The position numbers and the translations under genes were made by a program. From Tortispora ganteri (Eukaryota): a stretch of 64,000 nucleotides of DNA. Below the pieces are notes generated by a model that had not been told where the DNA came from, ran no database searches, and worked only from the letters and a program-made list of their open reading frames with translations. The first letter of the stretch is position 1. Each line of letters starts with the position of its first letter. Shown one piece after another: positions 31,286-42,940 of this stretch. The stretch covers positions 62,001 through 126,000 of the forward strand of contig PPNB01000019.1 of assembly GCA_003707115.1 (NCBI GenBank), read 5' to 3'.

Positions 31286-31872
31286 GCAACAAATGATATC
31301 GGAATTATATCGATCAATCAGGCTGCTCCACCTGTAATTGAGTGGGACCATGTATTGCGGGCATCATTTACTTTTATTCCTTTTTCAGTATCTCACCAGG
31401 GTTTATTTATATGATATTATCAACGGGTTTTCGTTTTTCTGTAATTATATTCACGCCGGGCTGTTATTAATGGTTATAACGTTCTAGCTCTGTAAGCGTA
31501 GCAGTGTGTAGATATATATTGGCGATCAGTCAAGTAAGTGCGGCTTTTAAAGATATCACAGTACGACAGAAATATAGCCACTTACGAGGTGTTTCCGCGC
31601 GAGTGGTCCTGTTAATACACTGTTTCGATTCAGTGCAACATATTCTGAATTTGATCCGGTAATATTTATCTATATAGCCGCAGAACAACAACTTTACGAG
31701 CCTTAGCCTCACATACTGTTGCACTGGACAATAGGGAAGGGGTAAGGAAATTAGTAAGTACCCAGGGGGTGGGAACGAACTGAACTAGTACCATCCTTTA
31801 CTAATATATATTCTAACGATAACAATAAAAACAAAACAATTATTCACTTGGTTGACTGATTTCCTTTAAGTC

Positions 31873-32640
31873 ATGCAGCAGAGTATTAAATGTGTCGTTG
31901 TAGGAGACGGGTAAGTAAGCAATAGCGCGCTGTACTAGTGCTCGCGCGTCGTTCATGCAGGTGTTATGTATGTCGCACAGCACCATATACTTCTATATGG
32001 TGCAGAGCGTGCATTCAACTGACTGTAAAGGTAACGATGTACGAGCAAATTGGCGATATATACGATTGTATTTTATGTACTAACACAGGATGATAGTGCT
32101 GTTGGAAAAACATCTTTACTTATATCTTACACCACAGGGGCGTTCCCCGATGAATATATCCCCACCATTTTCGACAACTATTCAGCGAGTGTGATGGTTG
32201 ACTACAAGCCAGTAACTTTAGGACTATGGGATACAGCCGGACAAGAAGACTACGATCGATTAAGGCCTTTGTCTTATCCACAGACGAGTGTATTCTTGTT
32301 GTGCTTCTCGATCGCTTCACCTTCTTCGTTCGAGAATGTTAAAGCAAAGTGGTACCCTGAAATACGACACCACGCACCCAATACTCCGATCATCTTGGTA
32401 GGAACCAAACTTGATTTGCGATCGAACGCAAGATTAATAGACGATTTAAGATCGCGCAAACAAGCGCCTATAACCTACAGCCAGGGCACGCAGCTGGCCA
32501 GGGAGATTCGTGCTGTCAAGTATTTAGAGTGTTCAGCGTTGACTCAAAAGGGGCTCAAAAGCGTGTTTGACGAAGCGATTCAAGCCGTGCTCGCGCCATC
32601 ACAGCCAATGAAGAAAAAGAAAAACTGTCTGATCTTGTAA
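31873..32640 (+). CDS. RAC1: Rho-family GTPase Rac1; exon 1 31873-31910, intron 31911-32096, exon 2 32097-32640
   Basis: Splicing GTAAGT...TACTAAC...TAG restores [18 protein letters not shown]; effector loop 'YIPTIFDNY'; Rac-type '[20 protein letters not shown]'; polybasic tail plus CLIL CaaX. Confidence 0.93.
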
Positions 32641-32714
32641 TGTTTGCATCATGTGTGTTGAAGAGATCGGTTCCAGTTATCCTACTTAATGTCTATTTCT
32701 TAATGTTTATATTA

Positions 32715-33383
32715 CTATTCCATATCTAGCAAACGCATTCTGGACGGATGAATTGATGGTCCCGCTGAGTCATTAGATTCTTTGATATCAGCTTTCTCTT
32801 GCTGTTTCTGTCTTTCTCGCTTCTTCTTCGAGGCAGCGAGTTCTTCTTTGCGTATGCGATCCCTTTGTTCTTGGCGAAGAGTTTTATTCTTCTCACGTAG
32901 TTTCTCCTTTCTGGCCCTAGTTGTACCTCCGCCGCCAACTGTTAATTCTATATTTATCTTGTTTCCCAGGTATACCGTATGATGCAATTTCAAAGCAGTA
33001 TCCAGGCGACTTGGGGCTTCGTGGCCTTCAAATTCGATAAATGCATAAGGACCTGATTTGTTCTTGGATTGCCGCAGTCGTATGACATTTGGTCTACAGG
33101 CTTTCAAATGTTCTTTCAGTGTTTCTTCCGTCGCTGAATCTGGTAAGTTGCCAATAAATAATATAAATCTGTGCGATTTTTTTGAAATTTTTGCTTCTTT
33201 CTTGGAATTCTTGGATGAAGATTTGCTTTTAGCTGCCAGGTTTTCAGGAATATACGCGTCCTCAATCTCTTTCAGTTCTGCTTTATCAGCTACCACTTTC
33301 TCTTCCTTCGAAATTTTCGATTTGACTGCTTCTTTGAATTTAGCAGCTTTCAGCTCTCGTTTAGACAGTTTTTTCTCGACCAT
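32715..33383 (-). CDS. NOP6: Nucleolar RRM protein Nop6
   Basis: 'RFILFIGNLP', 'ALKLHHT...KINIELTVGGGG..RKEKL.EKN', C-terminal 'IHPSR'. Confidence 0.85.
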   Translation of the reverse strand: MVEKKLSKRELKAAKFKEAVKSKISKEEKVVADKAELKEIEDAYIPENLAAKSKSSSKNSKKEAKISKKSHRFILFIGNLPDSATEETLKEHLKACRPNVIRLRQSKNKSGPYAFIEFEGHEAPSRLDTALKLHHTVYLGNKINIELTVGGGGTTRARKEKLREKNKTLRQEQRDRIRKEELAASKKKRERQKQQEKADIKESNDSAGPSIHPSRMRLLDME

Positions 33384-33587
33384 TATCGCGTATATTACAG
33401 GTCCACTGTGGTGGGATGAAAATGTCTAGCAAGCGAATAGTCTAAAATTTGGAAATTTACATTCGGGACTTACCTAAAATAGACGTAAATTATCCAAAGA
33501 GATGTTCATTAAATACTGCGGCTGGAACGGTAAAAGAGCAACAATGCAAGCAGTTATTTCGCCTTTGGCGCCGCAGTGTTCACTGCT

Positions 33588-34367
33588 TTAATAGAAGATG
33601 AACTTGCAGTCTATAGACCGGTCTTTTAGTTGTCGTAGACACTCCGCGCAATGCTCATCGTCAATCACATGTCGCTTCTTAACATCCAGAAAGGAAGAGT
33701 CGATAACAACGGTCTCGATCGAGTTGGTGATGATATGTTCGTCCATGAGCTTAACGGTTCTTAAAGGCGTCGAGAGAAGTACTTTTGGATGAAATTTATT
33801 GATGAGGTCATTGTCGTGCTGCAACGAGTTCTTTGAGATCAGTTTCACGGAGGAAACTGATGATCTAATTGCACGATAAACGTCACATACCCTTAAGGCT
33901 GAACTTGATAAAATAATAATAGAACCTTCTCCTTTAAGCGATGTGTATTTCTTTAAGAAGTTTGGCAAATATTTCAGATCTCGATCTTTGAAGTCACTCG
34001 TTTGCACAATCTGACTGGATGGTATATACAGCTCGTTGAGTTCGATCGTCGAAAGCTCTTTGTGTACTTGTTTCGCTCTTTTGGCAAGATAGTCTGCTAT
34101 GAAGTTAGACGGAAGCAATGCTAAATGTCTCTTCTTGTTACACTCTTCCTCCATTCGCAATTTCTTTTTTAGCTTAGAATCTTTTACTTTTTTATCTCGT
34201 TTTCTTTTTGTGTCCGTTGATGTGTTTACAACGGCGTTCGTAGCAGTTTCATGAGCGACATCGGCCTCCGCTTCACTGTCATTATCTACATCGACGGCGT
34301 AGTCCAAGTCATCGTCTAGATCATCACCTTCATGCGCTTTGTTTCGAACTTTTTCTATCTCATTCAT
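33588..34367 (-). CDS. CMS1: 90S pre-ribosome factor Cms1/CMSS1
   Basis: 'LSTIELNELYI', 'IILSSSALRVCDVYR', 'STPLR', 'VVIDSSFLDVKKR'. Confidence 0.85.
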   Translation of the reverse strand: MNEIEKVRNKAHEGDDLDDDLDYAVDVDNDSEAEADVAHETATNAVVNTSTDTKRKRDKKVKDSKLKKKLRMEEECNKKRHLALLPSNFIADYLAKRAKQVHKELSTIELNELYIPSSQIVQTSDFKDRDLKYLPNFLKKYTSLKGEGSIIILSSSALRVCDVYRAIRSSVSSVKLISKNSLQHDNDLINKFHPKVLLSTPLRTVKLMDEHIITNSIETVVIDSSFLDVKKRHVIDDEHCAECLRQLKDRSIDCKFIFY

Positions 34368-34891
34368 TTCACAGCCCTTCTTCTCTGCGAATCAAATAAA
34401 ATTCTGCCAAGTAGCGCGCGCTTTCAGTTTTAGCAACCGAATGTAAAAAATGGCCTTTTTCAGCTACTTAGAGAAAATGCTGTGTTCTTAAGGTTAAAGT
34501 TTTGCTGACCGAATTACAAAGAAACACTCTACACTCCGTAGTCCCTCCCTTTTTTGACACTCAAAGAAATACAGCATTATTTTTATTCTTGTATATTAAC
34601 CAAGCGATTCACTATAACAGCGTCCCTCTGATTTTCCGGGTGCCTTGTGTCTACACAAGCTGTCTCATCGCCGGAATACTCTTCGCTTTATATTCCAATC
34701 TATTCATTGCACTATCCTGATAAACCGATCTGTATATTGATACCGCTCATTGATTTCTCTAATAAGCGACAATACAGAATATCCCTCTTCGGTGCTCATC
34801 ATTTCGCTTTGTCTCTTTATTCATTAATTGTATTGGTTAACTGATTTATATACGGGTCTCGCTACAGTCCTTTCATCTTGGTTCCATTGAT

Positions 34892-35263
34892 ATGTCAAAC
34901 TCAGCCACTCCACACTCCGTGATGTCCTTTGAGTATTCTGTTCCAGTAACTCCAGTATGCCTCGAAACTCCATTTCAATCAAGAGCGGAACTAATGGAAT
35001 TACAAGCCGCTAATATGCGACTCAAACGTCTCGAGTATACTAAAGAGCAACTCTCTAAAGAACTCGTCAGGCATAGAATGCCCGTGTCCGAAGCCGCAAA
35101 GAATCTCACAGCAGCCGTTATGAACACTAAAGACCGCATGGTCCCTCAAGTATGGGGCACTGTACCGAAGCATGAAGATAACTATTACATAGCGGCTACA
35201 AGGAAACAAAGAGTCGCTAATGTGATCCAAGCTCAAAATGCTGGCTGTTGCGTTATCTCTTGA
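34892..35263 (+). CDS. Heterotrimeric G-protein gamma subunit (Ste18/Gng1-like)
   Basis: GGL-type 'RLKRL....QL..EL.R.RMPVSEA...TKDRMVPQVWG'; C-terminal CCVIS (palmitoyl-Cys plus CaaX). Confidence 0.88.
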   Translation: MSNSATPHSVMSFEYSVPVTPVCLETPFQSRAELMELQAANMRLKRLEYTKEQLSKELVRHRMPVSEAAKNLTAAVMNTKDRMVPQVWGTVPKHEDNYYIAATRKQRVANVIQAQNAGCCVIS

Positions 35264-35359
35264 CTTTTCAAGATCTGTCTCAGTCCATGTGTATTCTTTC
35301 ATTCATAGCTTTCCTTTGGATGAGTTTTCATTCCGAAAAAACTCGATTAAGCTCAATCC

Positions 35360-37125
35360 TTATATCATTCCAATAATTGCTGCACATACAGATATCCCAC
35401 AGGATATTCCGATCATTATAGCGACTGGGCCGAATATTCCTTTTGGCGCTAGCTGGCCCGAAAGCACCGATATCCTGCTTAATGTGCATACTTCCCAAAT
35501 TTTTGTGAATCCGACTTCTGCCGCCGCTTGTGAGCATGGAATAATCGCTTCGGGTGTCAAACTACAATCCCGTATTTCTCCAAATTCTCCCACGGTATGC
35601 ATGCAAACAGTTTGGCCTCCAAACATCGTAAAGGTTGGGAAAAGCATCTCAGATGATATAAATAGAACTGCTAAGCTCGCTGTTATCATGAGCACGGAAG
35701 ATAGCAATACTGCTTGAGGAGGGCTCTGGTGCACACCGACCTTGAATATGCGGAAAAATAATAATCGGATTCCAGTAAATGTCACTCCGACGGTATTGGC
35801 AAGCGTCAGCCAAAGGATTATAATAGCTTGAATAGCTGCGCCAGCGTATAAACCACCAGATGACTTATGTATGATCTCAAGAATACTGTTCATAGGATAT
35901 AAAAGCTTGTCTCTCGTAGTAGAAATGCTGCTGAATCTCAGTTTGGCTCGTCGCGCGCCCCAATCTTCAAAGGAACATGTTGCTAAATTGCACGTTTTAT
36001 TGAGGAAGAAATCAACAGTACTAGAAGCGATCGAGATTAATATGAACAAAGATATTAGTAGACCAATGACTCCGATGAATGATCTGGCAGTAGAATTCAG
36101 CGTTGAAAATAAAGAATGCGAGTTCTCTTCTTCGATTCTCGCATGTATAAAATTTCGATGTTCAGTGCGCGCCTTGCGCATAAGTGTCTTCTCTTCTCTT
36201 TGTAAAGTACTGTAGGCACGTCTATCTCTAGCAGACCAATCTGAAACGTTCTGGTGTTTCATTTCAATAGCCCGCTGCTTTTCACGGTTTAATGCGAGAG
36301 CCAATCTGGTACTTTCGGAGACGCCAATAAGTCCAGAAACAGTACTACTCCGTGTGTGTGAATGGCCACCGTTCGATTCTAACAAAGAGGTTGTTTCTTC
36401 AACTTCTGATTCTTCGTCGTCGGCAGAAGAATAATCAATTGATTTCGGGTGCAGGAGGCGTAAAGGACCTAGAAGTAGCCCGATATCGGATGTATACCAA
36501 TAAGCAAACAAAGAGAGAATAAGCAAGGCACCAATAAGTTTCCCTGCGGACCTTTGACTTAACCCAACAATGACAGCAATGATGATAGCCACACCTATGA
36601 CTATCAAGAAAAGCACGGTATACTTAAGGCTGCTACGTAACCGCCTTCTGTTTGACTGCTCCTGATCCTCTTGTTCGTATGTTTCTTCATACCAGAAATA
36701 GGCAAACGGTACAGCGACAGTGACTAGAAAAGCATCAAATAGAATAATAGAATAGTACAAAACTTCCATGAAAGCAGTGATGCTTTCTATAACCGAGTCA
36801 GAGGCCCATGCTTTTCTAAGACCAGACGAAGAGTCGACCGTGCTCCCTATCAGGAGAACATCAATAGTAAGCAGAGAAGTTGTTATTATTCCAGCTGCAA
36901 AGCATAAAGATGCTACACAAGATGAAACTAAACTGCGATCCTGTGGATCTTCTATTATTCGACACTGCAAGAATTTATTAGTATGCAACTCAATCAGATC
37001 ACGTTACTACGTCATAATCACAATCTACCCCTGGAATAGTTATTCTCCTTCATATTACTTACAATTATTATGCCCAATACTATTGAAATAAGTGTCAATA
37101 ACAAAACTAAAAGCCATACCAACAT
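35360..37125 (-). CDS. LMBR1-family membrane protein (LMBD1 / probable lysosomal cobalamin transporter-like); exon 1 37125-37063, intron 37062-36965, exon 2 36964-35360; 555 aa
   Basis: Exon 1 MLVWLLVLLLTLISIVLGIII; phase-0 intron GTAAGT...TACTAAT...TTGCAG; 'VPFAYFWYEE', 'SLKYT', 'GIRLL', 'SPPQAVL', 'FGGQT.C'. Confidence 0.85.
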
Positions 37126-37414
37126 GCTTCGCGTTCTTAATGGCAAATAGAGCAAGGATTAGTATGAATCGATTTGCACTCCTGAATCTGGAGACGACTC
37201 GGGCGGTGGGCTCGAAAAATCCAAGGGACTATCATTGAACCTTATTCTGTTCTGCAGATAATAATAGGTCTGCTAGGGCACACCTCGGGACTACCACTAA
37301 CATCAACTAGCGATTACACAGACCATAAACATTATCTTCACTACTTAACTTTTGTTTCCAGTTAAGGTCTCATCTTTTTGTCTTGAAGTATAATTCACTT
37401 AGTGCTGGTTCTAG

Positions 37415-40400
37415 ATGCATTTATATAGAGAGCTGACAAAGCCTACACAGGTCACTGCAGCCGTTTCTTGCTCGCTAGTATCACCAAAGAGTCAAAACTT
37501 GGTCATCGCGAGATCTAATCTTCTACAAATATACGATGTCTTGGAAACTGAAATCTCAAAGGATAATGATGACTCTCCTCTTTTGGCTCAGGATACTACC
37601 GAGGGAGAAGATCAGTTCATAGGTGATGTCGTAATTGCCGAAACGCAGACTTCCTCAAGCTTAAAACTAATATATGAGCAAACACTGTCTGCTAGCATCA
37701 CTGCATTGGCGGCATTTCGCACAATTGAATCGTCATGTGACTACATTGCTATATCTTCTCCGCCTTCCTCATTTTCAGTGGTGAAGTGGAATCCTAGCGA
37801 TAGATCGTTGCTGACTGTATCTTTGCACGACTTTGAAAATTATTCAGTCGACCCTTCCTGGCAGTCTGTCGAGAATGGAGCTTTACCTGACTCTTTGCGT
37901 GCATTGCACTCTGAATCGTTTGGACAAGATATCAGACTTATTGTTGACCCAGATAATACAGCTATTATCATGTTCTTTCAACGGCAAATGTTTGCTGTTT
38001 TGCCATTTTCTAAACATGAATATGACGAAGATCCTCCAGCTCAGGTCCCAATAATTGATGCCCCTGAAGCTGTCACGCCTCTATATTGGCCCTCCTATGT
38101 CAAGAGCGCAACGCAAATTATCCCTGGCCTAACAAATGTCATAGATTTTGCCTTTCTTTACGAATATAACGACCCAACTATTGCCTTCCTGACTTTCACA
38201 GAGCCTACCTGGACTGGACTTCTTCCAGCACGACAAGACACTATGCAACTCTGTATTGTGGCTTGTGACTTGCTGAAAGGTCAGTTTGATCTAGTAGTCA
38301 CAATACCAAAATTGCCCTATGATCTAGAGTACCTAGTACCACTACGAGGACCTTCTGGTGGTGTTATGGCAGTAGGTGCAAATGAATTAGTATATATCGC
38401 TCCTACCGGAAGAATTATTGCTGCTCCTGTTAACAAGTTTTCTGAGGTTGGTACCCATATGACTATGGTCTTGGGTAAAACATTCGAACACTTGGACTTA
38501 TTCTTGGAAGAATCTAAGGCTATTCATATCTCAGGAAGGAACGAGATTCTGTTATTTACTAACAAAGGTCAGACTGTTGTTATATCTCTGAAATTAGAAG
38601 GACGGCTTGTTGAATCATTTTCGTTGTCCTTGATAGATGCTCCTCCTGTACCTCACCCTCGTCTTATTGTTCCATTCACTCAGAGGACCAACGTATTTGT
38701 CTCTTCTTATGTCTCAGATACCTACTTGTTTGGATGGGATATATCATTAGGGGAAAAGCAGCTGCTTGATTCTGTCGCAACTACAGCGGCTGAAATGGAT
38801 GATGCTGATGATGATGACTTTCTCTACAGTACCACTACCAAATCGAAAGTTGGTACATCTCAAACAGACTCTAATTCTTTGATTAAACTATATTTGCACG
38901 ATTCCCTGCCTAATCATGGTCCTATTTTGGATATTGCAACGGGAAGATGCTGGGTAAATGATGGGGCCGAAATTCAAACTCATAGTGGAACTCATGAGAT
39001 TGTTGCTGCTCGTGGACAAGGGTCTAGATGCTGTGGGATATCTATATTCAGACAGCACATTACTTTTCCTATAAGATACGGTTTTGAAGTGATGGGTTGC
39101 AAAGGTATATGGGCTATTCCTACGCGCCAATTTAATTCTCTTGTTACTGAAATGGAGAATGAGAGTGAAGTCATTGACAATCTAATGTTTATTTCTGAGA
39201 ATGATAAAACGTTGGTTTATCGCATCGAAGGGGAGCAATTTCAGTCAATTGATGGTGCAAATGAGTTCAATCCGGATGATTCGACAGTGGCTGTCGGAAC
39301 GCTCCTTTTCAACGGTCTTGTAGTTCAGATAACACCGATCGACATTCGCGTATACGATTCTAACTTGAATGTTATGCAGTTTATTCCCTTGTCACGCGAG
39401 GTTATTGAAAGGTATGCTAAACGTTTGCGAACGCGCGAAATTGGAGACGATGTAACATTATTGGATGACAGTTATGCACATCCATTAGTTTCAGCTTACT
39501 TTGCTGATCCGCACTTGGTTCTCCTGTTTGAGGATGGAAATTTGGTTATATACTTTGCCAGTACATCTACTTGCCTTCTGGAGAAAGTTTCGGTGCCAAA
39601 AATATTTAGTGCTTGCCGTACTGTATATGCCGGCATTCTTGACAGTGAAAGCACAGTGTTTCAGCCATTCATGAAAGACAGTGCAGATGGTATTTCCACA
39701 GTTTCTGAAGATGCTCCGGTAAGCAATATTTTGTCAGCTGAAGCATCGTCGTTCCTAAAACAAGCTCAGATTGCCAGCTCGAACAGACGCATGCTTTTGG
39801 CCCTGGATATGGATGGTATGCTTATGGGGGTGACACTATCTGACCTATCTGTTTTATGGCATATCCCAGATTTTGCAGACTTACCCGAAATAACAGTTGT
39901 GGTTCCGGGCTCTCCTAAGAGAGCGAAAGACGTACGGCAAAGTATTTCATTTCAACACGGTCTAGCCAGAGACCCAATAGTGGAAGTGTGTCTATGTGCT
40001 ATTGGAGAACCTGGCAATAAGCAGGACGTTCTAGTAGCCCGAACTAGTACCGATCACCTGATGTTATATGAGTTTTTCTGGCACGATGAAGTTTTAAGAA
40101 TAAAGAAGATACCAAATCTGATATTTCCGAAGCCACTGCAAGAGATCGAAGAGCAATCTTTTATCTTTAGCTTTGGTTTATCGAGAAAGAAACTATACCC
40201 CATAAATGGCATGTTGTTCACTCGAGGTCTTGCACCTTTTGCAATAGTGGGAACAACACACTCGAAACCTCATGTTTACCCTGTTGGAGGAGTAAATGGT
40301 ATATCTGGTGTGAGTGCAATTAGAACCGGAGCCGATAATGAAAGTGCTAATATTATTTTTTGTGATGGTTTGGGTTCGGTTACGGTATGCTCAAAACCTT

Positions 40401-41722
40401 CCGATGTGGACTTATCGAATACCTGGGTTACGAAAAAGGTGAATTATGATGATATAGATGATATTCAGAACATAAGCTATTATGACCCTGGTCAGATATA
40501 TATTATTGGCGCATCTCGAGACATCGATTACAGAGCACTTGATGATGAAGGTTTGGCAATACCAAACTCCAATATTATTCCGCCGGCTCCAAAAACCAAA
40601 AAATCGCTCTTGCGACTTATTACGCCTAGACTTTGGGAAACACATATTGACGAGTATGAATTAGATGACGGAGAAGTGGTGAGTGATATGCGAGTTATGC
40701 AATTGGATATGTCGGAAACTGATCACAGTAACTTAAAGTGGGTACTCGCAGTTGGTACCAGTATCATACGCGGCGAGGATCTTTATGAACGCGGTTACTT
40801 CTATCTCTTTGACATTGTCGGCGTTGTTCCAGAACCTGGTCATCCTGAGCGCGCATTCAAATTGAAATTACTTACACGTGAAGACGTGGCCAGTCCCGTA
40901 TCCCACGTCTGTGATGTTCACGGCTATCTAATGACAGTTCAAGGTAACCGGGCTATGTTAAGGAGTTTGCGCGATGATAATAGTGTTGTGCCTAGTGCGT
41001 TTTTGGATCTGAATTTGTATACTACTCAAGTGAAATCCATTAAAGATTTTATGCTCTTTGGGGATGTTTTGCATGGTTTATATTTGACGACGTTTATTAG
41101 AGACCCTTATCGAGTTGTTACGCTTGGTAAGGATCAAGAGAAGATGCATGTTGCGGCGGCAGACTTTGTAGTTGATCGTGCAGAGCTGTATATGGTTGCT
41201 GCTGATGTTAATGGCAATTTACATATTCTGCAGTATGATCCGGACGATGTTAAATCATTTTCAGGTCAGAATCTTTTGCATAGGAGCGAATTTTACTCTG
41301 GCTTAAAGGTGCAAGTCTTTGAACGAGTTGCAGTTGCCCAGCCTTCTAATGATGGATACTTGGATGTTATTCCCGGTGTTGCATCGCTCTGTATCGGCGG
41401 GACGCAAGAAGGGTCGCTTGTCAGTGTCAGTCCGATATCTGAGTCTTCCTACAGGTCACTAAATTACTTGCAGCAACAGGTATGGAACCGTATGGACATT
41501 GTTGCTGGATTTAACCCGCGCTCATACAGACAGTCGAAGAGCTATACGAGACCACACGCCATTCCTACATTCCCACGTCCAGTGATTGATGGGTCGGTGA
41601 TCTCTGAATTCATGTTTATGAGCCGACGCCGACAAATGGAAGTGTCTCGGCGTATAGGAGGAAACATAAACGATCTTCTTGGAGATATTGCTGAACTCTT
41701 TTGGAATGTTAACTATTTGTAA
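37415..41722 (+). CDS. CFT1: Cleavage/polyadenylation factor Cft1 (CPSF160)
   Basis: 'YRELTKPT.V', 'NLVIARSNLLQIY', 'LLTVSLH.FE', 'FAFLYEYNDPT', 'VVPEPGHPE', 'AGFNPRSYR'; 1435-aa beta-propeller protein. Confidence 0.95.
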   Translation: MHLYRELTKPTQVTAAVSCSLVSPKSQNLVIARSNLLQIYDVLETEISKDNDDSPLLAQDTTEGEDQFIGDVVIAETQTSSSLKLIYEQTLSASITALAAFRTIESSCDYIAISSPPSSFSVVKWNPSDRSLLTVSLHDFENYSVDPSWQSVENGALPDSLRALHSESFGQDIRLIVDPDNTAIIMFFQRQMFAVLPFSKHEYDEDPPAQVPIIDAPEAVTPLYWPSYVKSATQIIPGLTNVIDFAFLYEYNDPTIAFLTFTEPTWTGLLPARQDTMQLCIVACDLLKGQFDLVVTIPKLPYDLEYLVPLRGPSGGVMAVGANELVYIAPTGRIIAAPVNKFSEVGTHMTMVLGKTFEHLDLFLEESKAIHISGRNEILLFTNKGQTVVISLKLEGRLVESFSLSLIDAPPVPHPRLIVPFTQRTNVFVSSYVSDTYLFGWDISLGEKQLLDSVATTAAEMDDADDDDFLYSTTTKSKVGTSQTDSNSLIKLYLHDSLPNHGPILDIATGRCWVNDGAEIQTHSGTHEIVAARGQGSRCCGISIFRQHITFPIRYGFEVMGCKGIWAIPTRQFNSLVTEMENESEVIDNLMFISENDKTLVYRIEGEQFQSIDGANEFNPDDSTVAVGTLLFNGLVVQITPIDIRVYDSNLNVMQFIPLSREVIERYAKRLRTREIGDDVTLLDDSYAHPLVSAYFADPHLVLLFEDGNLVIYFASTSTCLLEKVSVPKIFSACRTVYAGILDSESTVFQPFMKDSADGISTVSEDAPVSNILSAEASSFLKQAQIASSNRRMLLALDMDGMLMGVTLSDLSVLWHIPDFADLPEITVVVPGSPKRAKDVRQSISFQHGLARDPIVEVCLCAIGEPGNKQDVLVARTSTDHLMLYEFFWHDEVLRIKKIPNLIFPKPLQEIEEQSFIFSFGLSRKKLYPINGMLFTRGLAPFAIVGTTHSKPHVYPVGGVNGISGVSAIRTGADNESANIIFCDGLGSVTVCSKPSDVDLSNTWVTKKVNYDDIDDIQNISYYDPGQIYIIGASRDIDYRALDDEGLAIPNSNIIPPAPKTKKSLLRLITPRLWETHIDEYELDDGEVVSDMRVMQLDMSETDHSNLKWVLAVGTSIIRGEDLYERGYFYLFDIVGVVPEPGHPERAFKLKLLTREDVASPVSHVCDVHGYLMTVQGNRAMLRSLRDDNSVVPSAFLDLNLYTTQVKSIKDFMLFGDVLHGLYLTTFIRDPYRVVTLGKDQEKMHVAAADFVVDRAELYMVAADVNGNLHILQYDPDDVKSFSGQNLLHRSEFYSGLKVQVFERVAVAQPSNDGYLDVIPGVASLCIGGTQEGSLVSVSPISESSYRSLNYLQQQVWNRMDIVAGFNPRSYRQSKSYTRPHAIPTFPRPVIDGSVISEFMFMSRRRQMEVSRRIGGNINDLLGDIAELFWNVNYL

Positions 41723-41920
41723 TGTGAATGATATTATGACAACCTATAAAGGAATTTGTAAATATTTGACAAGTGTATTTTTATGAACTCTTTTGTGGAA
41801 ATTTGGGACTTAACCTTTGCTAGAGTACAAACCCACTATATTTGCTATATATCATCATTAAAGCTGACTATCGCTGTCAATTACTGAAGAAATAGTGCTG
41901 AATAAATCCCGAATCTAACT

Positions 41921-42770
41921 ATGGTAAGTGTAATTTAACATTGAAATATATACTGGAACGATGTATTAACGAAATGCATAGTCTGACGAAGTATTTGATG
42001 CGGCGCTGGATCTCCTGAGACGTGTGAACCCGCGCAATGTCGGATCGAACTTGCTCGAAGTATGCAAACTTGCTCCTGATCTAGCGGCCGATTTGCTGGC
42101 AAGTGTGGACCAGCCGTTAGAACTAAAGAAATGTACTTCAAGCGGCAAAATGTTCCTTGCATGTGATTATAACAGAGACGGCGACTCTTACAGAAGCCCT
42201 TGGAGCAATGAGTATCAGCCTCCCATTGTTGACGGAATTAAACCCAGTGACGCTATTCGGAAAATGGAAATTGCCGCTAACACTGCATTTGGCGTGTACA
42301 CCGATTTGTACTACGAAAGGGGTTACTCGAGCGTATACATGTGGGAAGTGGACGACGGCTTTGCAGGAGTAGTACTGTTCCGCAAGGACGGCTCCACTGA
42401 AAGCGTCTGGCACTCAATTCACGTCTTCGAAGTCATTCCGGCTGGTAGCTCTTCTGCTATATACAGACTAACGAGCAGCATTATACTGAATCTTGCAAAG
42501 ACCACCGCTGCAGCAGGCTCAATAGATCTCGGCGGAAACTTGTCGAGGCAGTTCGAGAGAAATATGTCTGTGGACAACTCAGAAACAGCGCACGTCGCCA
42601 ATATTGGACGATTGGTAGAAGAAAGTGAGTCAAAAATGAGAAATCAGCTGCAAGAAGTGTATTTCGGCAAAGCTCAAGATATCATCGGAGATCTAAGAAG
42701 CGTTGTTGATCTCGATACTACCACGGAAGAAGGATCTCGCCAGAAAGCGATGATTGCCGGACTAAAATAA
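41921..42770 (+). CDS. CAP2: F-actin capping protein beta subunit; exon 1 is the ATG only (41921-41923), intron 41924-41981
   Basis: ATG|GTAAGT...TATTAAC...ATAG|TCT gives MSDEVFDAALDLLRRVNP; 'CDYNRDGDSYRSPWSN'. Confidence 0.93.
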
Positions 42771-42940
42771 TTCATTTTTTTTTGTCATATTTTGATTATA
42801 AACCTATTGACTTTTTTACGAGCCAGTGAATTGCTAAGTTTAAGATGTACTGTAGCATTAGGCTCCATAATGCACCGCTTCACCAAAAAAGGCGACTTTT
42901 CTTACCCCACCGAGCTACTTAGAAATTGCTACCAAACCGA

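Noticed and set aside
32050..32096. ORF-track start of RAC1 (also track starts at 36988 and 42024)
   Set aside because: Near-cognate codons inside introns or within exon 2; the true starts are in upstream exons
6359..35263. STE50, RAC1 and G-gamma as a signalling or mating gene cluster
   Set aside because: Separated by many unrelated housekeeping genes; no MAT, pheromone or receptor genes seen
36965..37062. Intronic C/D snoRNA in the LMBD1-like intron
   Set aside because: Poor box C, box D too close to the branch point, no guide recognised
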